A DNA stretch of 64,000 nt from an uncultured bacterium (GCA_963699195.1 OY969420.1:29419-93418); one strand, 5' to 3'. Positions 28,003 to 37,930 are shown, numbered from the stretch's first letter. Notes: generated from the sequence alone by a model not told the origin. Numbers and translations are program-made.

Positions 28003-28632
28003 ATGAACTACGTCTACATGTTTTTGGGAAGTTTAATTGGAGCTATCATTGGTGGATTCGTAGCTATTACACAAGAAAATTCTAAGATTCCTAACATTGA
28101 AATTTTACCAGGCAAGCCAGCCGACGGAAATGGAAGTCGTAGATTTTTGCATCTAAAGATTACGAATATAAGGCGTGAGAATTTCTGGCAGAAATTTAGA
28201 AAGGGCAATAAACCTGCTTTGCTATGTAAGATACAACTAGAGTTTTTAGACCCTGAAAATAAGACACAGCTTTTTGAAATTCAAGCAAGATGGTCAACTT
28301 CAGCCGAACCATTAACCCTAAGCTCAACTAACTTAAATATTGGCACTTTTGATCCTCGTCAAGCATTTGCTGCAGAAGTCGAAAATATATTAACATCTGA
28401 GAGTAAAGAAATAGACATAGCACTAAAAAACAATAACGAGCAAGGATTCTACGGATTTAATAATTGGAGTTACTTATATAATCACGAAAATCCAGATTGG
28501 CATATCACTTCATCTTCCGTATTGGTAAGAGTAAATTTCTCTTGCGATACTACAAGTACATCTAAATTATTTAGAATCTCCAATCCCAATACCCGAATAA
28601 CTAATTTCAAAATTAAAGAAGTAAAGTCGTAA
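28003..28632 (+). CDS. hypothetical protein with N-terminal TM helix
   Basis: Intact 209-aa ORF. The N-terminus FLGSLIGAIIGGFVAI is hydrophobic. No motif recognised. Confidence 0.5.
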   Translation: MNYVYMFLGSLIGAIIGGFVAITQENSKIPNIEILPGKPADGNGSRRFLHLKITNIRRENFWQKFRKGNKPALLCKIQLEFLDPENKTQLFEIQARWSTSAEPLTLSSTNLNIGTFDPRQAFAAEVENILTSESKEIDIALKNNNEQGFYGFNNWSYLYNHENPDWHITSSSVLVRVNFSCDTTSTSKLFRISNPNTRITNFKIKEVKS

Positions 28633-28653
28633 CTCGCTAGCTTAAATTATTGC

Positions 28654-29724
28654 TTAATTGCTTGGCGTAAATGTTACTTGGCTCATTCCTGAAATTGCTA
28701 CCACGTCACCTTTATAGATCGTAACCGTAAGGCTAGGTACTTCGTCAAGAGACTTATCATTACCTAAAATTTCATCATATGAGCTACTACCAGTAGTCGA
28801 GAAATTACCGCTCTGACCTGAGCCAGGAGTTACAACATATCTTCCAGCAGCTACGTCTTGACCAACGGTAAACGTTCCAGCATATAGGTTAGTAGTCGTC
28901 CGAGTTGTTACAAAGGGTGTTGTTACTGGAGTAAAGGTAACGCTACTCAATCCTGATATTGAGATTTGGTCGCCAGTAGAAATTTGTACACGTATTTTCG
29001 GTACTGCGCTTAATGAACTGTCCGTACCAAGTATCTCGTCATAACTGTCAGTGCCAGAAACACTGAAATTACCGCTCTGACCAGCTCCAGCAGTCACATC
29101 GTATAAACCGTTAGCGACATCTTTACCCCCAGTGAATGTACCCGCTCCTAGCGTTACTGCTGTGCCGGTAACTTGCCTTGTCGCGACTTTAGCTGCTGGC
29201 TTTGCGGTAACTACTGGTGTACTAGGCTTTGTTGAACTTGGTGCTGTACTTGTTATAGAGGTTGTATTTGTCGGTTTACTGTTTCCATTTGCCACTGAAA
29301 TAATTATGATCAGAAATATGATACCGCCAATAATACTCAGTGCCCTATGATCCTTGAACCAGTTATCTGATTGCTTTGTCTTGTGATTTTCCATGTGAGT
29401 ACCTGTATCTTCCTTCCATACGATATTATTAACTGATTTTGTAGCAATCATTATAATGTCGATAATCCATAAGATTCCGAACAAACCAAAGGTAAATAAT
29501 TTTAATATACCCTTACCAACCTTGCCTAAGTAGAACTGATCTATGCCCCATAACCCAAGAAATATAGATAGTAAAAGTGCTGTTAGCCAATTCCTTTGTA
29601 ATACGCCAGTTTTGACTACAGGTGCTGGATTGTGAACATTTACATGTACATCACCAAGTGGATGATGCTCAACATGGCTAATTGTCTTCTTTTTGTTATT
29701 TTCGGATTTTTTAAAGTCATCCAT
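28654..29724 (-). CDS. TM2-domain membrane protein with a duplicated C-terminal beta-rich domain
   Basis: TM2 signature LLSIFLGLWGIDQFYLGKVGKGILKLFTFGLFGILWIIDII. It carries two ~85-aa repeats (GTFTGGKDVANGLYDV..GQSGNFS..SYDEILG..). Confidence 0.7.
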   Translation of the reverse strand: MDDFKKSENNKKKTISHVEHHPLGDVHVNVHNPAPVVKTGVLQRNWLTALLLSIFLGLWGIDQFYLGKVGKGILKLFTFGLFGILWIIDIIMIATKSVNNIVWKEDTGTHMENHKTKQSDNWFKDHRALSIIGGIIFLIIIISVANGNSKPTNTTSITSTAPSSTKPSTPVVTAKPAAKVATRQVTGTAVTLGAGTFTGGKDVANGLYDVTAGAGQSGNFSVSGTDSYDEILGTDSSLSAVPKIRVQISTGDQISISGLSSVTFTPVTTPFVTTRTTTNLYAGTFTVGQDVAAGRYVVTPGSGQSGNFSTTGSSSYDEILGNDKSLDEVPSLTVTIYKGDVVAISGMSQVTFTPSN

Positions 29725-29808
29725 AACATCTCCTAAAAGTCTTATTGGGTTGAATTATGCTACAAGCTGTCTGTAGATGCAAGAACAGCTTAGCGACAAA
29801 CTGTATGT

Positions 29809-30030
29809 ATGACATCTGAACAAAAGTTTTTAACAAGTTTCGGAAACCGATTATCTTCTATTCGAAAACAAAAAGGAATTACTCAAGAGAGACTCGCCGA
29901 CTTAGTAGAAGTTCATAGGACTTACATTGGATTTATAGAACAAGGTAAGCGAAATCCAAGCATTTCTAATATAAATAAAATCACGAAGGCTCTCGGTATT
30001 TCACTAGAAGTATTCTTTAAAGACTTGTGA
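29809..30030 (+). CDS. XRE-family HTH transcriptional regulator
   Basis: 73 aa: LSSIRKQKGITQERLADLVEVHRTYIGFIEQGKRNPSISNINKITKALGISL. Confidence 0.85.
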   Translation: MTSEQKFLTSFGNRLSSIRKQKGITQERLADLVEVHRTYIGFIEQGKRNPSISNINKITKALGISLEVFFKDL

Positions 30031-30071
30031 TAACTTCTGTTTGATATTATAAATACTAACTTATCTTATTC

Positions 30072-30968
30072 TCAAGTAGAACGAATTGTCTCCCACTCTT
30101 TCTTCCAATTTGTTTTTGGATTTGCTTCAAGTTTTTCAATTAAATCAAAAAGATTAGATATATCTTTACCAACATCCCTCCAATATTGGTCAGAAGTATG
30201 ATTCCTCAGATTTTCGATGAGTAGGTCTGAGTACTCCTTAGCTTTAACTAGCTCAGCTTCTGCAGCAGGGTTTCCTGAATAATCAACCGTAAATAAGCGC
30301 GTAACTAGGTTCATATATACTGCAAGAATAAATAAGAAGTTGTTAGTAACTAATCCAATCATGTTTTTGTCGAGCTTATAAATTAGCGTAATAGGCTTTG
30401 GGTCGGTTTTATCCTGATTGTCTTTAAGGCTATCAAGAACTCCTACCCAGTTTCCATGATAGAACATAGACATGATGCTATATTTTGTCCACTTTAGTTT
30501 TAAGTCTTGGTTAATAAAGTTCGTTATATTTAACTTAGGTAAACCTTTTTCGTGAACAAGTGCGTTATAGGGTTTATCAGGGTAACAGGATATGTACAAT
30601 ATTCTTACGAAAGTCTCATATGCACTCCTTAATAAAATAATGCTGTCCTCATAAAAACCGCTACACAGTAACGTATAGGCAGAGTAAATAGGCTTTAGGG
30701 CATGTACCGTTGCGCTGTATTGAACGGCACGGTGAGTTGGCCAATGACTTCTCTTAATGTAGTTCTGATGATGCGTATGCATGGTTATCGATGAAAAATA
30801 CATTTCAAATTGGCTCATAAAACGACCATAACTTTTATCCATGTATGCTTGATGCTTTACTTGATATTCTCGAATGTCAGAAACAACTTTTATATCAGCT
30901 TGATTTGTAAGTTCATCTAATCGATTACGAAGTTTGTCTGACATATTTTTCCTTACTTTATCGTTCAT
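30072..30968 (-). CDS. hypothetical helical protein (possibly DUF5677/Abi-like)
   Basis: Intact 298-aa ORF. The segment AYTLLCSGFYEDSIILLRSAYETFVRILY resembles the helix pair of DUF5677/AbiV-type proteins, judged from memory only. Confidence 0.4.
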   Translation of the reverse strand: MNDKVRKNMSDKLRNRLDELTNQADIKVVSDIREYQVKHQAYMDKSYGRFMSQFEMYFSSITMHTHHQNYIKRSHWPTHRAVQYSATVHALKPIYSAYTLLCSGFYEDSIILLRSAYETFVRILYISCYPDKPYNALVHEKGLPKLNITNFINQDLKLKWTKYSIMSMFYHGNWVGVLDSLKDNQDKTDPKPITLIYKLDKNMIGLVTNNFLFILAVYMNLVTRLFTVDYSGNPAAEAELVKAKEYSDLLIENLRNHTSDQYWRDVGKDISNLFDLIEKLEANPKTNWKKEWETIRST

Positions 30969-31067
30969 GTAAACATTCTACTCGCTGACAGTTTATATAT
31001 ACTAGTATCAGCTACCCATTTATATTCAACGTGCTGCTTTGATGTATTTATACAGTATAGAAGTACT

Positions 31068-31421
31068 CTAAGCGTGGAAGCCAATCGTTGGTTTATCCCC
31101 TGATGAGGTGTTCAATTCAAAGTATGTGAGTAAGCTATCGAGTTTAGTTTTAAGATATCCCAGCTTCAAGTTAGTATTACCCGTGGCTGCTGTTTCATGG
31201 GTCATGTAATTAATTTCAGTCGTCTCAGAACCAAGCATTGAATGCGGTATTCTAAACTCTTCAACATCAATCCCAATCGAACTAAGCGCATCAAGCTGCT
31301 TTCCGTAAATCTCGGCAGTATCTATATCAACTGTATTATTTGGGTGTTCATTCGGAAGATTTCCCTTAAGCGAAAGTAAGCTAGCATATGCACGTTTCAA
31401 AACATCTTGTTGGTCTGACAT
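31068..31421 (-). CDS. hypothetical protein
   Basis: Intact 117-aa ORF upstream of, and co-oriented with, the 298-aa gene. A -10-like TATTAT lies 6 nt before the ATG. Confidence 0.45.
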   Translation of the reverse strand: MSDQQDVLKRAYASLLSLKGNLPNEHPNNTVDIDTAEIYGKQLDALSSIGIDVEEFRIPHSMLGSETTEINYMTHETAATGNTNLKLGYLKTKLDSLLTYFELNTSSGDKPTIGFHA

Positions 31422-31464
31422 GCGTTTATAATATCATTGACAGATATATGCTCAGAGTAGATTC

Positions 31465-31481
31465 GTTCAAGTCATGTCACC
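31465..31481 (+). repeat. att-like direct repeat (decayed tRNA-Pro 3' fragment)
   Basis: GTTCAAGTCATGTCACC. The next 7 nt, TTTATCA, compare with CCGACCA in the tRNA, and all differences are GC to AT. Confidence 0.55.
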
Positions 31482-31506
31482 TTTATCAACTGAGTCACGT
31501 GCTTCA

Positions 31507-31830
31507 TATCTGTTACAGTTCGTATGCAGCTTGACTATATTCTGCTATAGCTATGCGGGTGTTATCAATCAAGCCCCTATCGTTACTATAATCCCAGTAT
31601 GTTTTTAGGGATTTTAGTAGAGTTTCTAGTCGTTCAAGATTAATCGCTCCTACTCGACCATTAAGAATTTCAGTAGCTTTTAGGGCAATTTAAAAATCGG
31701 CCCGGTCACCTTTTATAACCTGAGAGAACCCAGGTGGGTGTTCGCACACGTTAACCATGGCTAACGATGGATATTGAACTCCCGATATAAAATTATTCAG
31801 ATTAATTTGGTATACCCGGCCGATCTACCC
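31507..31830 (-). CDS. hypothetical protein, interrupted
   Basis: Shifted frames read MVNVCEHPPGFSQVIKGDRADF / KIALKATEILNGRVGAINLERLETLLKSLKTYWDYSNDRGLIDN... Confidence 0.25.
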
Positions 31831-31868
31831 ATATTATACAGCCAACAAAGCTTCTGATTAAAGAGATT

Positions 31869-32594
31869 TTATAAATGCACTAGACCCGATAGAACCCAAT
31901 TATAAATGTTAGTTAGGATGCTAAACCCGCCAGCTAGGGCAAGAGCTATAACTATAAAAAAGCCGAAAGGCTCAATTCGTTGCATGAATTCCTGGACCGG
32001 TTCTGGAGCAAAGGCATAGAGTATCCTAGAGCCATCTAGTGGTGGAATTGGGACTAGATTGAAGACAAATAAAATGACGTTTAGCTCTGTAAATATAACT
32101 AGTGCATTGGCAATAAATGCGCTTCCTATTGATACGTTTTGTATTAGTATTGCCCCTATTGCTGCCAAGACTAGGTTTGAAAACGGGCCCGCTGCAGCAA
32201 GTAAAGCCGCTCCATACTCTTCATATTTTACTCTGTTAGGGTTAAATGGAACTGGCTTAGCCGCTAGTATCGGCACATGAAAAAATATCAATGTAATTGC
32301 AGGTAGAATTACGGTCATAAATGGATCAATGTGCCTTAGTGGATTTAGGCTTAATCTCCCTTGGTCTTGAGCAGTTGTGTCACCTAACTTATAACCGACA
32401 TAACCATGCATGAACTCATGAATGGTCAAGGAGACCAGAAGCGATACTAATACAACAACGATATTGGCCGCTGATAGATTATTTCCAAACATCCTATTTA
32501 GTATACAGTAGCGAGAAGAGTGTTGACTAAAATGTATAAAATCGGTACAATAACACCTTAAATAAAGGATTGTCATGCAAGTTTGCGAAATCAC
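31869..32594 (-). CDS. site-2 protease family (M50) membrane metalloprotease (likely start MFGNN at ~32491)
   Basis: HEFMHG zinc motif in a polytopic membrane protein, with a NLVPIPPLDGS motif. Confidence 0.8.
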   Translation of the reverse strand: MISQTCMTILYLRCYCTDFIHFSQHSSRYCILNRMFGNNLSAANIVVVLVSLLVSLTIHEFMHGYVGYKLGDTTAQDQGRLSLNPLRHIDPFMTVILPAITLIFFHVPILAAKPVPFNPNRVKYEEYGAALLAAAGPFSNLVLAAIGAILIQNVSIGSAFIANALVIFTELNVILFVFNLVPIPPLDGSRILYAFAPEPVQEFMQRIEPFGFFIVIALALAGGFSILTNIYNWVLSGLVHL

Positions 32595-32769
32595 CGGGAA
32601 AGGTAAACAATTTGGTAGTAACGTTAGTTTCTCGCAACGTCACACTAATAAAGTTTGGAAACCAAATCTTCAGACCAAGACTATTATTATTGATGGCAAA
32701 AAAACTAAAGTAAAGATTAGCACTCAAGCAATTAGAACCCTTAAGAAAAAAGGCTTAATTACTAAGTAA
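32575..32769 (+). CDS. rpmB: 50S ribosomal protein L28
   Basis: MQVCEITGKGKQFGSNVSFSQRHTNKVWKPNLQ... Confidence 0.9.
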   Translation: MQVCEITGKGKQFGSNVSFSQRHTNKVWKPNLQTKTIIIDGKKTKVKISTQAIRTLKKKGLITK

Positions 32770-32772
32770 GTT

Positions 32773-33399
32773 CTAGCTCTCTAGAACAATCAGTTTTGTC
32801 GTGTCACCTTCACTGAAATTACTTGATTTAAGCTTTAGCTTAGCGACAGTTTCAGTTGGCTCCATAGCCAACTCTTTTAATGCTTCGCTTAGTTTAGCCT
32901 GAGGCGTTTCATACTTTATTTTGCCATCATCGTAATGGGTTGGGATGACCAAATATGGTTCTATAGACCTAATGACTACTAGCGCATCTGATCCGCTTAG
33001 CATAGTTTCATGGTTGCCAACTGGGATAACGATCACATCAACTTCACCAAGCTGTTCAACCTGAGAATCGGTTAGGGTTGAGTCAATATTGCCTATTATT
33101 GCCAGTTTAACGTCTTCGTGTTCGATCTTGTATATAGTATTAGTTGATGTCTTGGGCTCACCCCTATAGGCTCTAGCCGAAATTCCAAATATAGATGTGT
33201 CTGCAACTTCATATTCACCAGGCATATCGATCAGTAGTTTGATCTTATTATCAACTTTCCTAGCTTCTGAATCTGTAAATAATACTGTGTCATCGTCCTT
33301 AATATACGACTTACCACCACTTACTATGCCATCAACAATAATGTTAGATTTTTTTGTAGTTATACGGATACAGTTAGAGCCGTGATATTGTAATTCCAT
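32773..33399 (-). CDS. MBL-fold (UPF0173-like) protein
   Basis: The 208-aa N-terminus MELQYHGSNCIRITTKKSNIIVDG is typical of the family. No clear HxHxDH motif is visible. Confidence 0.5.
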   Translation of the reverse strand: MELQYHGSNCIRITTKKSNIIVDGIVSGGKSYIKDDDTVLFTDSEARKVDNKIKLLIDMPGEYEVADTSIFGISARAYRGEPKTSTNTIYKIEHEDVKLAIIGNIDSTLTDSQVEQLGEVDVIVIPVGNHETMLSGSDALVVIRSIEPYLVIPTHYDDGKIKYETPQAKLSEALKELAMEPTETVAKLKLKSSNFSEGDTTKLIVLES

Positions 33400-33411
33400 T
33401 TATTTTTCCCC

Positions 33412-34073
33412 TTAACTTGAAGCTGTTGAGCCCATTAAATTGTTTTTGTCAGCTATAACTTGTTTCTTTGCATTTAATACCAGTGTTATAAAGCGGTCAT
33501 TAACCTCTCTTCTGTAATTAAAGTCATCAGGTGAAAGCAACGCATAGCGTAAATCTTGATTCTCTTGCTTCTCTAGCTCTGCAATATACTTTGAGAGTTG
33601 CGTAGGATTAACGTCACCAACTATTAAGGACGTCGACGCCTGATGACTCATCTCTGGTAAAGTAACCAGTAAAAACAGCTAGTTCGACATTACCGATTGC
33701 ATGTATAGGGTGATCAGCTTTCTTAATCTTAGGCACCTCTACTTCTGTATCTGTGGTTATTTCAGCGGGCTCATCAGTTGTTTTAGTTGATGTCGAAGGA
33801 GTTATGGAGGCAGTTGGAGAGTTACCAAATATCGTAATAGTGGAGAGTAATATTCATACTTTTGATTAACTTCATAATACAAGCGATTATTATCCCTCGT
33901 GTCTGAAGAAATTATGCCAATACTAAGTAAGTTTGCAAGTTCCCGTCTAACCGAATTTATTTGCTCATCGATTTTGCGAGTAATCTCTCGAACGTAAAAT
34001 GAGCGATTAGGATTGGAATAGAAAAGTTTAGTAATTTAACCCGTGTCTTTGATCCAAACAATTGCTCAATCAT
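33412..34073 (-). CDS. winged-helix transcriptional regulator-like protein, frameshifted
   Basis: The N-terminus reads MIEQLFGSKTRVKLL.. / ..FYVREITRKIDEQINSVRRELANLLSIGIISS.. over shifted frames. The C-terminus is track ORF 33412..33651. Confidence 0.45.
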
Positions 34074-34186
34074 GTATTCATTGTAGCAGATATTAAATAA
34101 TTATTCACTTTAATTTATTCAAAAACGTTGTGACAATTTCAATGCTTTTACTTCTTTTATTCACCCATTGAGTACTATTATTACGC

Positions 34187-34987
34187 TTAAACCAGTGTAC
34201 GTTGTTTTTTAGCTAACTGGAGTGAGTGAATTATTATTAGTTTTTTTGTCTGTTCCAGACTTTGCTTACCTTCAAATTGTTTTTGGAATTCGCGGTAGCC
34301 AATGCCCTTCATTGGTTCAATGTCCCAGCCATATTTTTTTGATAGTTTTTTGACCTCGTTTTCCAGCCCATTTTTGAGCATTTTATCAACTCTTTTTTTA
34401 ATATTATTAGCCAACTTTTCGGGTTCTAACTTAAGTCCCAAAATCAAGGCGTCTGACCTAATTGGCTTTGATTTTGGCTTAACGCCGTGATTTTCCAAAA
34501 GCCTAATTACTCGCCGTTTATTATTTAGATCAATTCCCGAGCTATCATACTTTAATTTTGCGACACGTTCCTTAAGCTCAATGAGCGACATAGAGTTATA
34601 CTTTTTTCGATCTTCATCAGACCCTGTTGGTAGAAAACTATAGTCATATATAAGGCTATCTATATATAGACCGGTTCCTCCAGAAATTATCGGTAATTTA
34701 CCCTTTGCTCTTATTTCTTTAATCTTTTCGGTGGCTAATCTTTTAAACAAGGCTGCATTAAATCCATCTTCAGGGTCTGCTATATCTATTAAGTGATGAG
34801 TTACTGCTTTCTGATCTTCCTTGCTTGGCGTTGCAGTACCAATGTTAAATCCTCTGTATACAGCCCAAGAATCAGCATTGATAATCTCGCCGCTGAATTT
34901 AAGGGCTATATCCATAGCCAAATCTGATTTACCGGAGGCGGTTTCTCCAACAATAACGACTATAGGTTCTAGTTTGGGGGCCACCAC
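34187..34987 (-). CDS. miaA: tRNA dimethylallyltransferase
   Basis: P-loop GETASGKSDLAMDIA, then ..IINADSWAVYRGFNIGTATP... Confidence 0.85.
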   Translation of the reverse strand: MVAPKLEPIVVIVGETASGKSDLAMDIALKFSGEIINADSWAVYRGFNIGTATPSKEDQKAVTHHLIDIADPEDGFNAALFKRLATEKIKEIRAKGKLPIISGGTGLYIDSLIYDYSFLPTGSDEDRKKYNSMSLIELKERVAKLKYDSSGIDLNNKRRVIRLLENHGVKPKSKPIRSDALILGLKLEPEKLANNIKKRVDKMLKNGLENEVKKLSKKYGWDIEPMKGIGYREFQKQFEGKQSLEQTKKLIIIHSLQLAKKQRTLV

Positions 34988-35286
34988 AGTAATTTTCCTA
35001 TATCCACCCTGTTATCAACAACTTTTACACCCTCTTGTTCAAGGTGTTTTCTATGTCCTTGTCTACCGCCAGGGTAACCACTGGCAAGCCCACCCCTCTT
35101 ATTAACTACCCGTTGCCAAGGCAGGTTGGGGTCTCCAAAGTGGGCAATACCACCAACAACCCTAGCTGAGGACGGTGAACCACATAAAGCAGCTAACTGA
35201 CCATAAGTCATAACTCTTCCTTTAGGTATTTGACTAACTAGTTCCTCAACCAAATCTCTGAACTTAGGCTGTATCTCATCATTCAC
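34969..35286 (-). CDS. alkyltransferase-like (ATL) DNA-binding protein; MGMT fold without the active-site Cys
   Basis: 105 aa: GRVMTYGQLAALCGSPSSARVVGGI..LPWQRVVN (PWQR in place of PCHR). Confidence 0.75.
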   Translation of the reverse strand: MNDEIQPKFRDLVEELVSQIPKGRVMTYGQLAALCGSPSSARVVGGIAHFGDPNLPWQRVVNKRGGLASGYPGGRQGHRKHLEQEGVKVVDNRVDIGKLLWWPPN

Positions 35287-35302
35287 GGGTTTAGTTTAAC
35301 AG

Positions 35303-37157
35303 TTAAAGAGTAGTTTTGCCGACTCGATCTTTTGCTTCACTGGCAACTTTATCTAAGAACTCGTCTGCTTTATATGACCGTTGATTATCTCCGGCTCCCA
35401 AATCACCCCTTATTCTAGGAGTTAGATCACCCGATGCTATCTCTTTGTCGCCTAGCACTAGAGTATATGGTACTTTCATTAGTTCAGAGTTACGAATCTT
35501 CTTACCAACGGATTCATTTGAGTTATCTATGAACACTCTTAGACCGTGACTCTTTGCTTTCTTATATAACTCATTGGCATAGTTAATCGTTGGTTCTTCT
35601 TGATTAACAGTTATGAGTCTAATCTGTTCTGGGGCCAACCATACCGGGAATTTGCCGGCAAAATGTTCGATAAGTAGCATAATAAATCTCTCAAACGACC
35701 CCAATATTGCCCGGTGAATCATCACAGGTGTCTGCTCGTCACTGTTCTGGTCTATGTAAGTGAGACCAAATCGTTTAGGCATAGCAAAGTCTAGCTGGAC
35801 AGTGGCAAGTTGTGTCTCCCGACCAAGTGCATCCTTAAACATAAAGTCCAACTTTGGTCCGTATAGCGCGGCTTCACCTTCCATTCGTTTTGCATTCAGC
35901 TCGTATTTATCACTTATTTTGCTGAGCATATCTTCTGCTTTATCCCAGTCAGAAGGTTCACCAATATATTTATCTGGACTTTTAGGGTCCCTAACGGATA
36001 GAGACACCCAGTGCTCACCCCATAGACCAATGTTCTCATAGAACTGTTTGATTGCTTCTACTATAACTCCTGCCTCGTCTTGAATTTGGTCTACTCGACA
36101 AAATGTGTGTCCATCATCAACCGTAAAACCACGAGTTCTTTGTAATCCGCCGATTTGACCTGGCTTTTCATCACGATATTGCATTGTTTGCTCTATATAT
36201 CTCAGAGGTAGGTCTCGATAGCTTCGAGGCCTGGAGGCATATATCTGTGTATGATGAGGACAGTTAACTGGCTTTAGGATAAACTCTTGGTCATAATGGC
36301 TCTCTACGTGGAATAATTCCTCTTCGAACTTGGCTGCGTGACCAGATATCTCATACAGTTCTAGTTTTGCTAGATGCGGAATCGATACCATCTGCATATC
36401 ATGCTTCTGACTAATCTCTTTAAGAGCATTCTTTAACTCCTCTATAAGCACTGTTCCCCTGGGCGTATACATAGGTAAACCCGGGCCAACTAGATCTGAG
36501 AAAACAAATAGATCTAATTCTTGCCCAATTTTACGGTGATCCTATTTCTTAGCTTCCTCGAGATAAGCTCAAGTGCTCTATCTAACTCCTGTTCGTTTCT
36601 AAAAGCTACCCCATATATTCTTTGCATTTGGGCATTATCAGCCTTTCCACGCCAGTAAGCTCCTGATACTCGAAGTAGTTTGAATGGTCCGACCTCACCT
36701 GTTGATTTAACATGTGGCCCTCGGCATAGATCCGTAAAGTCCCCATTCTTATAGAAAGATACACTTTCAACTTTTGTATCATTGGTCAGCTGGTCAAGCC
36801 AAGTTCTTTAGCATCTATTTCACTAGCTAGAGTTGTACCTGATCGTTTTAGATCATTTAGTAGTTCTAGTTTATAGGGCTGATTTGCTTCATTGGCCCAT
36901 TTAATTGCCTCGTCTATAGGCAGATCATATTGCTCAAAGGTCTGATTTTCGGCGATTATCTTCTTCATCTCATCTGTTATTTCACCAAATTCTCTTCAGA
37001 TAAGCTTATCTTCACCTAGATCAATATCATAATAAAAGCCATCATCAACTGCTGGGCCGACACCAAATTTAGCATCTGGCCACTTTCTTTTAATGGCTGA
37101 GGCCATTATATGGGCCAAACTGTGTCTCATTGGTTCTAAATTGCTTTTATCATCCAT
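35303..37157 (-). CDS. thrS: threonine--tRNA ligase (N-terminal third frameshifted)
   Basis: The 389-aa intact C-terminal ORF holds the class II core and anticodon domain ([29 protein letters not shown]). N-terminal fragments read [19 protein letters not shown]... Confidence 0.9.
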
Positions 37158-37497
37158 ATATATCCGTTAATTATTTATACCTTTATTACCTGATAAGTAT
37201 ATCATGATTACCCCTGTAGTGAGTTTAACTAAAAATCGGTTGAATGCCCTCGTAACTGCATTCAACCGATATAGGTTAGGAACCTCGAATGACCTAACCT
37301 ACCGAAAGATCATAACAATGATAGTATTATTAGGCTAGTACTATTATATTGTTAATATTACAAATCTTCTGGGGATTAGTTTACTAGATTTTTACCTCTA
37401 GTTCAATAATACCACTGGTGATATAGATCACATATTTATACACATAGGCCTAAAATCAAAAAACTACCTTATTTGATATAAAGTAGTTATCTAGTTT

Positions 37498-37574
37498 TGG
37501 TGGGCGATATAGGATTCGAACCTATCACCTCCGCAACGTCAATGCGGCGCTCTAGCCAAATGAGCTAATCGCCC
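37498..37574 (-). tRNA. tRNA-Val(GAC)
   Basis: Acceptor GGGCGAT/ATCGCCC, anticodon loop TTGACGT, encoded CCA. Confidence 0.9.
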
Positions 37575-37930
37575 TATTATTACAACAACTCAAAACTATA
37601 CTTAACTACACTGTAAATCGCAAGTTTTCAATTAAGCACTTACCCTGTTAGCGTATTGACTATAATGCTTATTTATATTAGTATAACCAAGTTAAACGGG
37701 AGGCACTCAATTTTGAGTACCACTATTTCAAGTTCGCTTGATAAATTTCAACTGTTTTACGAAGAACTATTAACAAATTCTACCCCTGTTAGACGAATAC
37801 GTCGAGCACGGATCACTACCGTTAAATAACTTTGTAAATCAGCAGTTATATATGAGGGTAAGCCTAAACTCCACAGTTTTAGGCTTTTATCCACTAGAAT
37901 TATTTTCTAGGGTTATGTCAATATATTGAC

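Larger units (their letters stand above)
25518..31481. mobile_element. island A: ~6-kb integrative element at the 3' end of tRNA-Pro
   Basis: A large serine recombinase sits at the tRNA junction. The 17-nt direct repeat GTTCAAGTCnTGTCACC occurs at 25518-25534 and 31465-31481 (16/17). All cargo is accessory/unknown. Confidence 0.6.

Noticed and set aside
28654-29250. The two repeats in the TM2 protein as a DGR template/variable-repeat pair
   Set aside because: There is no reverse transcriptase in the window. The repeats are in-frame protein domains diverged at all base types, not adenine-specific.
37158-37497. A canonical T-box riboswitch upstream of thrS
   Set aside because: I found no T-box consensus (..GGGTGGTACCGCG..) and no recognisable specifier-loop or antiterminator pairing with the terminator stem.
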